Shown one piece after another: positions 11,228 through 21,157 of a stretch of DNA of 64,000 nt; position 1 is the first letter of the stretch, and the number at the start of each line of letters is the position of its first letter. The DNA lies in contig CBDCRP010000003.1 of NCBI GenBank assembly GCA_965221165.1, forward strand, positions 2,081,924 through 2,145,923, given 5' to 3'. The notes below the pieces were generated by a model. The model had not been told where the DNA came from, did not search any database, and saw only the letters and a program-made list of their open reading frames with translations. A program made the position numbers and the translations under genes. The DNA comes from a bacterium (GTDB taxonomy: Bacteria > UBA8248).

Positions 11228-12130
11228 TCAAACCTCCCAAAAGCAAAGCGCCGTCTGAAAGTGGACCTCCACCGTGTCCGCAGGGTTCAGGGCGTACCCG
11301 CCTCCGAGAGTGCCTGCAACGGGAATCCCGCGCGCGCGGCACTCTCCGAGAATATACGCATCGCGCCTTTTCAGGCCCTCTTCCGAGAGTTTGAGCGTTC
11401 CGAGCTGGTCTCCTGAATAAGGGTCCGCCCCCGCCTGGTACACCACCAGATCGGGCTTGTGCTCATCGAGTATCTTCGGGATGTGTTTTTCCAGATGAGG
11501 GAGGTATTCATCCTCGGTGGCGAGATCATACAAGCCGACATCGATGTCGCTCCTTTTCTTTTGGGGGTAGATGTTCTCCTGGTGGATGGAAAACGTGAAC
11601 ACGGTCTCGTCGCGCCGGAAGATGACGGCGGTGCCGTTTCCCTGGTGTAGGTCGCAGTCGATGACCGCAGCTTTTTTGATTGCGCCCTCTTTTTGGAGAA
11701 CGCGGACTGCGACCGCCAAATCGTTCACGTAGCAAAACCCCTCTGCCTGATCGGCGAAGGCATGGTGGAAGCCTCCCGTGAGGTTCAGTGCGCGGCCCCT
11801 TTTGAGCGCCTCGCGCGCGGCGAGAACCGTGCCGCCGGTCGCCAGAAAGCCCGCGTCTACGATCTCCTTGCTGATGGGAAGCTCGCTCGGTATCGTGCGC
11901 GCGGTGTGACGGCCCGAGCGCAAGTCCGCCAGATATTCGGCCGTGTGGACGAGGCCGAGTTCTTCTTCCTCCGCCATGCGGGGCTCGAGAAAAGCACTCT
12001 CGGGCAATCCGGCTTCGCGCAGTCTGGCGTGGGTCTTCTGGTATTTTTCGGCTTGCAGCACATGCTGGCCGATGTCGGCGTAGTAGTTCTTGTGAAACAC
12101 GAAAACGCAGTGCTCGGGAGGTTCTCTCAT
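11228..12130 (-). CDS. Histone deacetylase family protein
   Basis: GGFHHA, GFCYVND, DCDLHQGNGT, QAGADP, GGGY motifs. Confidence 0.92.
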   Translation of the reverse strand: MREPPEHCVFVFHKNYYADIGQHVLQAEKYQKTHARLREAGLPESAFLEPRMAEEEELGLVHTAEYLADLRSGRHTARTIPSELPISKEIVDAGFLATGGTVLAAREALKRGRALNLTGGFHHAFADQAEGFCYVNDLAVAVRVLQKEGAIKKAAVIDCDLHQGNGTAVIFRRDETVFTFSIHQENIYPQKKRSDIDVGLYDLATEDEYLPHLEKHIPKILDEHKPDLVVYQAGADPYSGDQLGTLKLSEEGLKRRDAYILGECRARGIPVAGTLGGGYALNPADTVEVHFQTALCFWEV

Positions 12131-12138
12131 CGCGGAGG

Positions 12139-13338
12139 CTAGATGACGCCCTTGTCTCTTAAACCCGATATGGCCGAGGGGTCGTAACCGATTCCTTCCA
12201 AAACCTCGTCGGTGTGCTTGCCTTTGGGAGGGCCCGCCCAGCGGATTGCGCCCGGTGAGCCGTTCAGCCTCGGGATCACGTTTTGCATCTGGATGGGGCC
12301 GAGTTCCTCATCCTCCACCGTGGTGATGGTCTCGCGCGCCTGCACGTGGGGGTCCGCCATCAGTTGGCCCACGTCGTAGATGGGACCCAGGGCGCCCTCG
12401 TATTTCTCGAAATGGGCTATCGTCTCCTCGAGCGTGTGCGCGCCCACCCAGCTTTGGATGGCGTCGTCGAGCTCGGCCATGTTCTCCACCCGGCCCGCCT
12501 GGGTGATCAGCCTGGGGTCCTCGCCCAAGTCCTCGCGGCCCACGGCGCGCATGACGCGCTTGAAGATGTTCTCCGCACTCGCTGAGAGCACGACGTAGCG
12601 GCCGTCCTTGCAGCGGTAGGCGTTTCTGGGCGCGGCGAAGGGAATGGCGTTTCCCGTGCGCATCTGGACGTAGCCCAACTGATCGTATTCGAGCGGCTGC
12701 GGGCCCAGCACAGTGGTGATGGGCTCATAGATCGCGATGTCGATCTCTTGGCCGGGCGCGTCGTGAACGTCGCGGTGGTAGAGCGCCATCATCACGGCGT
12801 AGGTGCCGCAAAGCGCGCTGATGCCGTCGGCCAGCGCGAAGGGCGGCAGCGTGGGCGGCCCGTCGGGAAAGCCCGTGATGTGCGCGAAGCCGCTCATCGC
12901 CTCGGCCAGCGTGCCGAAGCCGGGCCTTTGCGCATAAGGACCTTTTTGCCCGAAGCCGCTCGTTCGCGCGAGGATGAGCTTGGGGTTCAGGGCGTGGAGG
13001 CTCTCCCAGGAGAAGCCCCATCTCTCCATCGTGCCGGGGCGGAAGTTCTCCACCAGCACGTCCGCGTTCTCACACAGCTTGCGGACGATCTCCTGCCCTT
13101 CGGGCGAGGAGATGTTGCAGGTGATGGATTTCTTGTTCCGGCTCGCCAGCTTCCACCACAGCGAGACGCCGTCCTTCTGGGAGGCGAAGTTTCTCAAGGA
13201 ATCGCCGCGCGGGTGTTCGACCTTGATGACGTCCGCCCCGAAATCCGCCATGTAGGTGGCTATCCAGGGGCCGGCGAACAGGGTTCCTATGTCGATGACC
13301 CGCACGCCTTCGAGCGGCATTTTTTTGTGTTCGTTCAT
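12139..13338 (-). CDS. CaiB/BaiF family CoA-transferase
   Basis: ADFGADVIKVE, RNKKS, ENFRPG, PGFGTLAEA motifs. Confidence 0.92.
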   Translation of the reverse strand: MNEHKKMPLEGVRVIDIGTLFAGPWIATYMADFGADVIKVEHPRGDSLRNFASQKDGVSLWWKLASRNKKSITCNISSPEGQEIVRKLCENADVLVENFRPGTMERWGFSWESLHALNPKLILARTSGFGQKGPYAQRPGFGTLAEAMSGFAHITGFPDGPPTLPPFALADGISALCGTYAVMMALYHRDVHDAPGQEIDIAIYEPITTVLGPQPLEYDQLGYVQMRTGNAIPFAAPRNAYRCKDGRYVVLSASAENIFKRVMRAVGREDLGEDPRLITQAGRVENMAELDDAIQSWVGAHTLEETIAHFEKYEGALGPIYDVGQLMADPHVQARETITTVEDEELGPIQMQNVIPRLNGSPGAIRWAGPPKGKHTDEVLEGIGYDPSAISGLRDKGVI

Positions 13339-13585
13339 GGAATCGGCGCTTCCTCGGTTTTTGGGACCGGACGCCCTATGGCTCCCTGGGGATTCACGAA
13401 ATACGTTTCGCGGGACGCCCCGATGGTAGCAGAGGGCGGATGCGCCATCAACGATTCGGGCGGATTCTTCTCACCGAAGCCCATGCGCTTTTCGCGATGG
13501 ACTCAGGCTTCCAACCTTGGGATAATCCCGATTGTAGAAAAGCCCGCCTTTCTTTTTCGGGCCTGGCCGCTTTCGGAGGTTTCGC

Positions 13586-14701
13586 ATGAAGATTTTTCTC
13601 AGTCTTGGATTGTTCGCGTTGTTCTTTCTGGCCCCTGCGCACCTGGGCGCGCCGACGCGCACGCCGGAGGGCTTAAGCCTGGTGATGGAGCAAGCCGAGG
13701 CGAGGCGCTTCGGCGGCTTTCGCTCCTTCGGCTTTCGCGGCTCGCGGGGGTTCGGTGGTTTCGGGCGCAGAAGTTTTTCGAGGCGCTCGAACTTCGGCTC
13801 GCGCTCCCGCGCGCGAGGCTTTACGCGCAGGCCGTTTCAAAGACGCTCCTTCATGGGCGGCGGTTTGGGATCCGGCCTGTTCGCCGGCATCGGCGGGTTT
13901 TTGCTGGGCGGTATGCTCGGGCGCATGATGTTCGGCGGCATGGGCGGCATGGGAATGGGCGGCGGTTTCGGGCTTCTGGAAATTCTCCTGATAGGCGGGG
14001 TCATCTTCTTCATCTTCCGGATGATGCGCAACCGCGCCGCCGCCTCCCGCCAGGAACCCCGTTATTCGGGGAACCGCTACGCCGAGGCGGACCCCTACGG
14101 CGTGGGGGGATATGAGGAGGAGCCGCGCGAGAGGGATGAAGCGCCCGGCAGACACGAGAGGTCGGGCGGCGTGTATCGCGGCCCGGATATCGGTTCGGCG
14201 GGCGGCGCGACCCGTTCGGCGGGAACAACGGGCGGCGGCCCGCGCCGTGATTCCGCGAGCGACGCGGCGCTGCGCAAAATGGCCGAGAATGACGCTTCTT
14301 TCTCGGAACAGGCCTTCCTGGGTTTGGTGAAAGAAAACTTCATTCGCTTCCAGAACGCCTGGACGGCGCGCGACTTAGGCCCCGTCCGCGACCTGATGGA
14401 CAAGGAGATATTCACCGAGGTCGAGCGCGACATCGAGGGTCTCAGGAGCGAGGGCAAGATCAACAGGCTTGATGACGTGGATATCAAAGGGGCGGAGATC
14501 GTCGAGGTCTGGAACGAGGAGGGCTACGATTTCATCACCGTGCGTTATGAGGCGAGCCTTTGCGATTACGTGGTGGACGAGAGAAGCGGGGATATAGTCG
14601 AAGGCAGTCGCACGGAGCGGGTGAATTTCTCGGAGCACTGGACGTGGGTGCGGCCCGAGGGGCCGAATCAGTGGTTCCTATCCGCCATCGAGCAGGCGTG
14701 A
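13586..14701 (+). CDS. Tim44-domain membrane protein
   Basis: AEARRFGG..SFG.RG Gly/Arg-rich N-terminus, TM helix, C-terminal Tim44-like domain (FSEHWTW.R..W.LSAI.Q). Confidence 0.85.
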   Translation: MKIFLSLGLFALFFLAPAHLGAPTRTPEGLSLVMEQAEARRFGGFRSFGFRGSRGFGGFGRRSFSRRSNFGSRSRARGFTRRPFQRRSFMGGGLGSGLFAGIGGFLLGGMLGRMMFGGMGGMGMGGGFGLLEILLIGGVIFFIFRMMRNRAAASRQEPRYSGNRYAEADPYGVGGYEEEPRERDEAPGRHERSGGVYRGPDIGSAGGATRSAGTTGGGPRRDSASDAALRKMAENDASFSEQAFLGLVKENFIRFQNAWTARDLGPVRDLMDKEIFTEVERDIEGLRSEGKINRLDDVDIKGAEIVEVWNEEGYDFITVRYEASLCDYVVDERSGDIVEGSRTERVNFSEHWTWVRPEGPNQWFLSAIEQA

Positions 14702-14714
14702 AGCTCAAGGGATT

Positions 14715-15086
14715 TTACGGAGCCGAAACTCTATCCGAATCGGGAGTCGGGGCGTTCTCATCCTCCTCCTCGCCGTAGCGCCTCCCGCCTTCGAGATCCT
14801 TGAGTGACCACCAGAAGTAGATGATGCTGCCCAGAATGGCCGTCATGACGAGGGCGAAACCCACCAGAAAATACAAGGGCAATGCGGACCGGTAGGCGAC
14901 GGGCCGGGTCCCCGCAACTGTTGCCGCGCCCCCCGCCTTTTGCGCGGGCGCGGTAATGGTGGCCCGCGTCATCGTTTGCTCGGCTTGGAACGCGGTGTAG
15001 CCCCAATAGATCATTCCGCCCAGGAGCGCGAGAATGAGGACGGTGCAGACGGGCCATTTGATGCTCGTTTTTTTCGCCTCGCTCAA
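14715..15086 (-). CDS. Small two-TM membrane protein, unknown function
   Basis: Two hydrophobic helices; coupled to the upstream LLM gene (GGAGG RBS, overlapping stop). Confidence 0.6.
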   Translation of the reverse strand: MSEAKKTSIKWPVCTVLILALLGGMIYWGYTAFQAEQTMTRATITAPAQKAGGAATVAGTRPVAYRSALPLYFLVGFALVMTAILGSIIYFWWSLKDLEGGRRYGEEEDENAPTPDSDRVSAP

Positions 15087-16030
15087 TTGCTCACCTCCGG
15101 GATCACCTCTTCTGCGAGCAGCGCCATCTGATCCGTCTCCTCATCCGCCGGTCCTGCGTGCTTGAAGATGAAGTGCGTTGCGCCCGCCTCCTGGAACTCC
15201 GCTATCTGCTCCAGGCAGCGCTCGCGCGGCCCATAGAATAAATACTTTTGGGCGATGCCGTCAAAATCCATGTTGTAGCGCTTGGAGAGATTCTTTATCC
15301 CTTCGCGCAGGGCGTGTTCGGGATCCTCGTGAACGTAGATGAACGCATGGTGCGCGGGCGTCCACGCGCCACCTTCTGTGTCCAAGGGGCTTCCCGCTTC
15401 TTCCGCCCACCTCCTCATGTCCTCAAGGCCCCTGGCGAAGCGTGGTGCCGAGAACATGTAGGAGACGTAACCTTGGCAACGGAGCGCCGCTCTCTTGCGG
15501 GCGGCGTCGCTGCGTCCTCCCACCCAGATGGGCGGTCCGCCCGGAGTGGGTGGAGCGGGCGTCTGGCGCGCGTCGGTAAAACGCCAGAAACGCCCCTCGT
15601 GGCTCACCTTCTCGCCGCTCCAGAGTTTCCGCGCGATGTCGATGGATTCATCCGTACGCGCGCCCCTTTCCTTGACGGGCACGCCGCAGAGCTCGAACTC
15701 CGTTTTTCCCTCGCCGCCCACACCGACGCCGAAGACGAAGCGCCCCCCGCCCGTCAGGTAGTCCACCGTGGCCGCTGTCTTGGCGGCGATGGCGGGCCTT
15801 CTGAGCGGCAGGAGATACACGCCCGTGCCCAGCGTGATGCGGCTGGTCCTGGCCGCGAAGGCGGCCAGCGTGGTGAGGCTCTCGGTGTAATGGCCGTGAA
15901 AGGAAACGTGATCGCCGATCCACAGAGAGTCATAGCCCAGGTCTTCGGCGGATTCTGCGAACGCATACGATTCCTCCGGCGTATATATGCGCTCGGGGTG
16001 CATGCCGAAGCTGATGCCGAATTTCGTTTT
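15083..16030 (-). CDS. LLM-class flavin-dependent oxidoreductase
   Basis: GYDSLWIGDH, TSRITLGTGV, GRFVFGVGVG, PPIWVGG; start 16030 or 16060. Confidence 0.9.
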   Translation of the reverse strand, partial: KTKFGISFGMHPERIYTPEESYAFAESAEDLGYDSLWIGDHVSFHGHYTESLTTLAAFAARTSRITLGTGVYLLPLRRPAIAAKTAATVDYLTGGGRFVFGVGVGGEGKTEFELCGVPVKERGARTDESIDIARKLWSGEKVSHEGRFWRFTDARQTPAPPTPGGPPIWVGGRSDAARKRAALRCQGYVSYMFSAPRFARGLEDMRRWAEEAGSPLDTEGGAWTPAHHAFIYVHEDPEHALREGIKNLSKRYNMDFDGIAQKYLFYGPRERCLEQIAEFQEAGATHFIFKHAGPADEETDQMALLAEEVIPEVSN

Positions 16031-16194
16031 CATCCGCAGGCCCTTTTCTGCGAGCTTCATTATCGTGATTTGCCTGGTTCCCCCATCTCAGTGGGGAAAC
16101 TAGAGCACGTAACCGCCCGGGTCAACTCATGAGCCTGGAATCTCGAAGTAGACGTGGGGTCTTTTCAAAATGGACGCATCGTCGCGATCGTGTT

Positions 16195-16223
16195 TTGACA
16201 GCCCCCCCGCTCGACCTTAATAT
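16195..16223 (+). promoter_or_regulatory. Putative sigma70 promoter
   Basis: TTGACA-17bp-TAATAT upstream of the DUF1015 gene. Confidence 0.6.
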
Positions 16224-16268
16224 CCCCTCGCCACTGGTTCTGATCGTTTACTCGAAAGGGGGGTTTTC

Positions 16269-17582
16269 GTGGTTCAAGTTCGGGCGTTTCGTGCGTTGAT
16301 GTATTCGAATGTCGCACCGGATGAAATGGGAGAGGTCTCCTCCCCGCCCTATGACGTTTTTACGCCCGCGATAAGGCGTTCGTTTTATGAGCGCCACCCC
16401 CTGAACATCGTGCGGCTGATCCAGGGCGAAACCTTAGACGGCGAAGATGGAGACGCGGGCCGCGTGGGGCGCGCGGTCGAATATCTGAAAAACTGGCGCG
16501 AGAGCGGGGAGATGACCTTGGACGATACGCCCGCATTGTATCCCTACCGCCAGCGCTTCACGTTGCCCGATGGAACGCGCCTGGAGAGAAATGCGTTTTT
16601 TGCGGCGATGAAGCTCGAACCCTACGGCGCAGGCGAAATTCACCCCCACGAGCAGACCTTCCCCAAGCCCAAGGGTTATCTGTTCGACCTGTGGGGGAGA
16701 AGCGGCGCGCATCTGGGACCTATTTTCAGCTTTTACGACGACCCTCGGGAAACGGCGAACCACGCCCTCAAGAGTGTGGACAAAGGAGCGCCCATCGCTG
16801 ATTTCGAAGACGACGGCGTGCGCCATACCATGTGGCGGTGTGTTGACCCGGACGTCATCGCAATCGCGCAGGAATCGCTCCTGGATAGGGAGGCGTTCAT
16901 CGCCGACGGCCACCATCGCTATGAAACATCCTTGGACTTGAAAGACGCCGCCCGCGCGGAAGGCGCTCCCGAGGGAGGCGAGGCGGACTACACGCTCATG
17001 TGTCTGGCCAACGTCTCGGACCCGGGCATGGTGATTCTGCCCACGTACAGGCTGCTCAAGAAAGTATCCGCGGCGACCGAAGATGCGCTTGCCGTCCTGG
17101 CGGAGAAGTACGAGGTCTTGGAAGAAACAGCGCCGGAAGTCGGCGCCGGAGGCCGCGTAGCGGGGCGTCTGGCCGCCTTGTCCCGAGAAAACGGCGGAGC
17201 CGGTGTGTTTTGTCTCTACGATGGCGGCGAGAGCGTGAAGTATCTGATCGGCAGGCGCGGCGCCGAGGTCGCCTCGGTGGAGGAGGCCGTCGCCGCCCTC
17301 GACGTGAGCCGCCTGCATACGGACATCGTGGACGGCGCGTACGGCGCGTCTCATGAGGAAGGGAACATCGCCTTCACGCCCGACCCGGAACTGGCGCTGG
17401 CCTCCGCAAGAGGCGGTGAGTGCGCGGTGGCCCTTTTGCTGAACCCCACGCCCCTCGAATCGGTATGCGAGATAGCCAAGGCTGGCGGAAAGATGCCGCA
17501 CAAGTCCACCTATTTCTACCCCAAAGTGCGCACCGGCCTGGTCGTTCACGCATTCGCTCCCCCGGCGGGGGATTCCTCCTGA
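16269..17582 (+). CDS. DUF1015 family protein
   Basis: SPPYDV, PHEQT, IADGHHRYET, MPHKSTYFYPK motifs. Confidence 0.9.
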   Translation: MVQVRAFRALMYSNVAPDEMGEVSSPPYDVFTPAIRRSFYERHPLNIVRLIQGETLDGEDGDAGRVGRAVEYLKNWRESGEMTLDDTPALYPYRQRFTLPDGTRLERNAFFAAMKLEPYGAGEIHPHEQTFPKPKGYLFDLWGRSGAHLGPIFSFYDDPRETANHALKSVDKGAPIADFEDDGVRHTMWRCVDPDVIAIAQESLLDREAFIADGHHRYETSLDLKDAARAEGAPEGGEADYTLMCLANVSDPGMVILPTYRLLKKVSAATEDALAVLAEKYEVLEETAPEVGAGGRVAGRLAALSRENGGAGVFCLYDGGESVKYLIGRRGAEVASVEEAVAALDVSRLHTDIVDGAYGASHEEGNIAFTPDPELALASARGGECAVALLLNPTPLESVCEIAKAGGKMPHKSTYFYPKVRTGLVVHAFAPPAGDSS

Positions 17583-17592
17583 AGCCCCGGCC

Positions 17593-18219
17593 ATGAGAAT
17601 CCAAAGCGCCCGGTTCATCAAAAGCGCCGCCGAGCGTTCGGGCTGGCCGGGGGCCGCGCTGCCCGAGGTCGCCTTCGCGGGCAGGAGCAACGTCGGCAAA
17701 TCCTCGCTCATCAATTTCCTGACCAACCGGAAGAATCTGGCCAAGACCAGCGCGACGCCGGGCAAGACGCAGCTCGTCAATTTTTTCGGCGTGGACGGGA
17801 AGTTCGTGCTCGTGGATTTACCGGGCTACGGCTACGCGCAGGTGCCTCTTGCCGAAAGGGCCCGCTGGCGGCCCATGATCGAGACCTATCTCGAGCATCG
17901 TGAAACGCTCCAGGGCGTGGTGGTGCTCATCGATTCGCGCCGGGGAGCGCGGGAGATGGATTTGCACCTGCTCGAATGGCTCGCGGCGGTGAATCTGCCC
18001 GCGTGTCTGGTGCTCACCAAGGCGGACAAGCTGAAGCAAAACGAGCGGCGAAGCGTTCTGGACGCGCTCGTGAAGACCATGGTGGCCGGCGGCGGGCTGT
18101 ACGGGCGGTGGTCCGGGCCGATCCTTTGCAGCGCGAACACCGGGCTGGGCAAAAGAGAGATTCTCGCCCAGATGGCCGAGTGGCTGAGCGAGCCGCCCCG
18201 GGATGCGCCCGCCGCCTGA
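17593..18219 (+). CDS. engB: GTP-binding protein EngB/YihA
   Basis: GRSNVGKSS, TPGKT, DLPGYG, TKADK motifs. Confidence 0.95.
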   Translation: MRIQSARFIKSAAERSGWPGAALPEVAFAGRSNVGKSSLINFLTNRKNLAKTSATPGKTQLVNFFGVDGKFVLVDLPGYGYAQVPLAERARWRPMIETYLEHRETLQGVVVLIDSRRGAREMDLHLLEWLAAVNLPACLVLTKADKLKQNERRSVLDALVKTMVAGGGLYGRWSGPILCSANTGLGKREILAQMAEWLSEPPRDAPAA

Positions 18220-18339
18220 ATTTCGGGGAGGTTTCTCGCAGCATGCGCGCATATCTGCTAGAGTGGGCCATCGACCGCTTGAAAGAGCGATCCGACAAAA
18301 AAACAGCGCATTTGCACGATACATCTTCTGAGGACGAAC

Positions 18340-19359
18340 GTGCCGGAAAAGAAAGGGGCGGCTCCGAAGAGCGCCGCGAAAAAAACGACAACGAAAAAAA
18401 GAACGGCTAGCCCCAAGGCTGACGTTCGCGGCTGGGCGCCGGGGGTTCCCAAGGAAAAACCGAAGGGCAGAACCTATGACGGCCCCTTGGAGGTGAACGC
18501 GAAGCCCAAACGGGCGGACAGGATTTTCTTCGGCACGGGCGGGGTTCCGCATTCGGCCAAGCCCCAGACCCACCCGGCGGCGGTGCGCAGGCTGCACGAA
18601 CTGGGTCTGGGCGTTTACGAGATGGAGTTCGTCCACGGCGTGCGCATCAGGGAGCAGACCTGCGAGGAGGTGAGAGCCGCCCAGGCAGAAACGGGCGTTC
18701 ACATCACCGCGCACGGGCCCTATTACGTGAACCTCTATTCGCTGGAAGAGGAAAAAGTGGCGGCGAGCCGAAAGCGCGTTCTGGACACGGCGCGCGCCCT
18801 GGCGAAGTGCGGTGGTGACGGTGCGTGTTTTCACCCCGGGTTTTATCAGAAACGAGACCCCAAAGAGGTGTACGACTTCATCCAGAACCAGATAGGAGAG
18901 CTCGCCGACATCCTGGTGGATGAGGGCTGTCCGGTTCGTCTCGATCCCGAGACGACGGGCAAGGGCACCCAGTTCGGCTCACTCGAGGAAATCGCCGATA
19001 TGGGCGGCGCGCTTAAAGATAAGAACGTCGGCTTCACGATAGACTTCGCGCACATCCACGCGCGCTCGGCGGGGGCGCACAACACCTATGAGGAGTTCGG
19101 CGCCCAGCTCGAACTGCTGAAGAACAAGATGGGTGATGAGATTTTGAAAACCCTGCACATTCACCTCTCGGGCATCGCGTATTCCGACAAGGGCGAGGCG
19201 CATCACCTGGAGCTCGACGAGTCGGACATGAATTACAGGGACTTGTTCCGCGCGCTCATCGATTTCGGCGCCGAAGGCCGGGTGGTGTGCGAGAGTCCCG
19301 CGCTCGAATACGACGCGCTCATCATGCAGAAAGCATACAGAAAGCTGAACGGCGGCTAG
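18340..19359 (+). CDS. Endonuclease IV-like TIM-barrel protein (archaeal-type AP endonuclease 2) with basic N-terminal tail
   Basis: EMEFVHGV, HGPYYVNL, FHPG, ETTGK.TQFG, IDFAH.HAR, HIHLSGI, CESP motifs. Confidence 0.82.
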   Translation: MPEKKGAAPKSAAKKTTTKKRTASPKADVRGWAPGVPKEKPKGRTYDGPLEVNAKPKRADRIFFGTGGVPHSAKPQTHPAAVRRLHELGLGVYEMEFVHGVRIREQTCEEVRAAQAETGVHITAHGPYYVNLYSLEEEKVAASRKRVLDTARALAKCGGDGACFHPGFYQKRDPKEVYDFIQNQIGELADILVDEGCPVRLDPETTGKGTQFGSLEEIADMGGALKDKNVGFTIDFAHIHARSAGAHNTYEEFGAQLELLKNKMGDEILKTLHIHLSGIAYSDKGEAHHLELDESDMNYRDLFRALIDFGAEGRVVCESPALEYDALIMQKAYRKLNGG

Positions 19360-19447
19360 CCCGCGCCCGTTTCTCTTCGAAGGGACGGCGCGACGGGCCG
19401 GGCGATAAGACTTCCCCTAAAATCCGGTTCAACGAAGGAGCAAGTTC

Positions 19448-20818
19448 ATGACGATTGTGGAACAGATTGCGGCGTTCGCCGCGAACAGCAGTTTCGATGA
19501 TCTCACCGAAGATATGCGCGGACAGATAAAAACCCTCATGGTCGACACCATCGGCTGCGCCATCGGTTCGCTGGGCGAGGGGCCCGTTCGCTACCTGCGC
19601 GAGCAGGCGGATGATTTCGGCGGCGCGGCGCATTGCACGCTCATCGGCGGCGGCAAGAGCGCGCCCGACAGCGCTGCGTTCTACAACACCTCGCTGATCC
19701 GCTATCTCGATTTCAACGACGGCTTCATGGGGAAACTCGCCACCTCGCACCCGAGCGACAACGCGGGCGCCGTGATGGCGGCGGCCGAATACGCCGACGC
19801 GAGCGGGGCGGAGTTCATGACGGCCCTCGCCCTGGCCTATGAGGTGCAGTGCCGCCTGTGCGACAGCGCGCCCTATGAGAAAAGAGGGTTCGACCAGCCC
19901 ATGGCGGGCGCCTACGCCGTGGCGGCGGGCGCCTCGCGCGCCTTGGGATTGGACGCGGAGAAGACGGCCAACGCCGTCGCGCTCAGCGGCGTGCGCCAGA
20001 ATCCCCTGCTCATCACGCGCACGGGCGAGCTTTCCCACTGGAAGGGCTTCGCCTATGCGGCCGGCGGACACAGCGGGGTGCACTCGACGTTTCTGGCCAT
20101 GCGCGGGGTGACGGGCCCGCTTTTGTTGATGGAAGGCCCCCTGGGCGTTTTCGAGTCCGTGACGGGAGAGTTCGAGGTCGACTGGTCGGATACTTCCTTA
20201 AGCAAGATGCTCGAGATCAGCGTGAAGCGCTACAACGCAGGGCTTCACTCCCAGACGGCCATCGAGGGCGTCATCGACATGAAGCGCGAACACGGCTTCG
20301 GCCCCGAGGACATCGAGGAGGTCGAGATCGGGATTTATGAGCGCGCCTATTTCATCATGGGCGAGGGCAAGGCGGGGGCGCGCGAGCATGTGCTCAACAA
20401 GGAGACGGCGGACCACAGCCTGCCTTATGTGCTATCGGCGGCCATCATCGACGAGCAGGTTCTGCCCGCCCAGTACGAAGAAGAGAGAATCCGCGCGGAC
20501 GACGTGCAGACGCTCTTAAAGAAAGTGCGCACCACCAATTCCGATGAGATGACGGCCAGGTATCCCGCGCAATCACCCGTGCTGATTACCATCACGCTCA
20601 AGGACGGCACGGCCCACAAGCTGGACAAGCCCACCTGGGAGGGGCATTTCTCCACCCCGATGGGTTGGGGCACGGTGAACGAGAAGTTCGAGGCCTTGAG
20701 CGAAGCGCACACGGACGCCTCCTTGCGGGCGGAGATTGTGGACGCCGTCTCGAGGCTCGATTCGATCCGGATAAAAGAACTGACGGCCCTGCTGGAGAGG
20801 GTGAACACGCCCGGGTAG
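19448..20818 (+). CDS. MmgE/PrpD family protein (2-methylcitrate dehydratase-like)
   Basis: RYLDFND, HPSDN, RTGELSHWKG, ETADHSLPY motifs. Confidence 0.9.
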   Translation: MTIVEQIAAFAANSSFDDLTEDMRGQIKTLMVDTIGCAIGSLGEGPVRYLREQADDFGGAAHCTLIGGGKSAPDSAAFYNTSLIRYLDFNDGFMGKLATSHPSDNAGAVMAAAEYADASGAEFMTALALAYEVQCRLCDSAPYEKRGFDQPMAGAYAVAAGASRALGLDAEKTANAVALSGVRQNPLLITRTGELSHWKGFAYAAGGHSGVHSTFLAMRGVTGPLLLMEGPLGVFESVTGEFEVDWSDTSLSKMLEISVKRYNAGLHSQTAIEGVIDMKREHGFGPEDIEEVEIGIYERAYFIMGEGKAGAREHVLNKETADHSLPYVLSAAIIDEQVLPAQYEEERIRADDVQTLLKKVRTTNSDEMTARYPAQSPVLITITLKDGTAHKLDKPTWEGHFSTPMGWGTVNEKFEALSEAHTDASLRAEIVDAVSRLDSIRIKELTALLERVNTPG

Positions 20819-20911
20819 CGGAGATTTCCGCTTGGGGAAAAGCCGCCATATCCCGCGCCGCCTGAGCCGTGGCGCGGCGTCGATGGACGCTGGCTTTAAG
20901 GGAGATTGTCG

Positions 20912-21157
20912 ATGTCGGACTTGGAAGTGACGGTGTATTCATCATCCACGTGAGCGCCCTGTAAGGCGGTGAGAGAGTTTCTCTCCCATCATGGCGTGGC
21001 GTATACGGAAAAACTCGTCGATCAGGATGAACAGGCCCTGGAGGAATTATTCCAGAGGGCGGACATGCGGGCCACGCCCGTGATTTTCGTGGACGATGAG
21101 AAGGTGGTCGGCTTCGATCGGGCGAAGCTCGAAAAGCTGCTGGGGCTCGCCGCATGA
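20912..21157 (+). CDS. Putative selenoprotein: glutaredoxin/NrdH-like redoxin with UxxC (U-A-P-C), 81 aa
   Basis: AAGGGAG RBS, ATG 20912, MSDLEVTVYSSST-[TGA 20951-53]-APCKAVREFL...ATPVIFVDDEKVVGFD; the ORF track calls only the post-TGA part, which lacks strand beta1 and the active site. Confidence 0.88.
20968..20988 (+). promoter_or_regulatory. Putative bacterial SECIS hairpin for TGA 20951
   Basis: GAGAGA-GTT-TCTCTC stem-loop (20971-20985); loop starts with G, 23 nt after the UGA. Confidence 0.55.

Noticed and set aside
13697-13970. GGC-rich low-complexity repeat region
   Set aside because: It encodes the Gly/Arg/Phe-rich segment typical of Tim44-domain proteins and is not a separate DNA repeat element.
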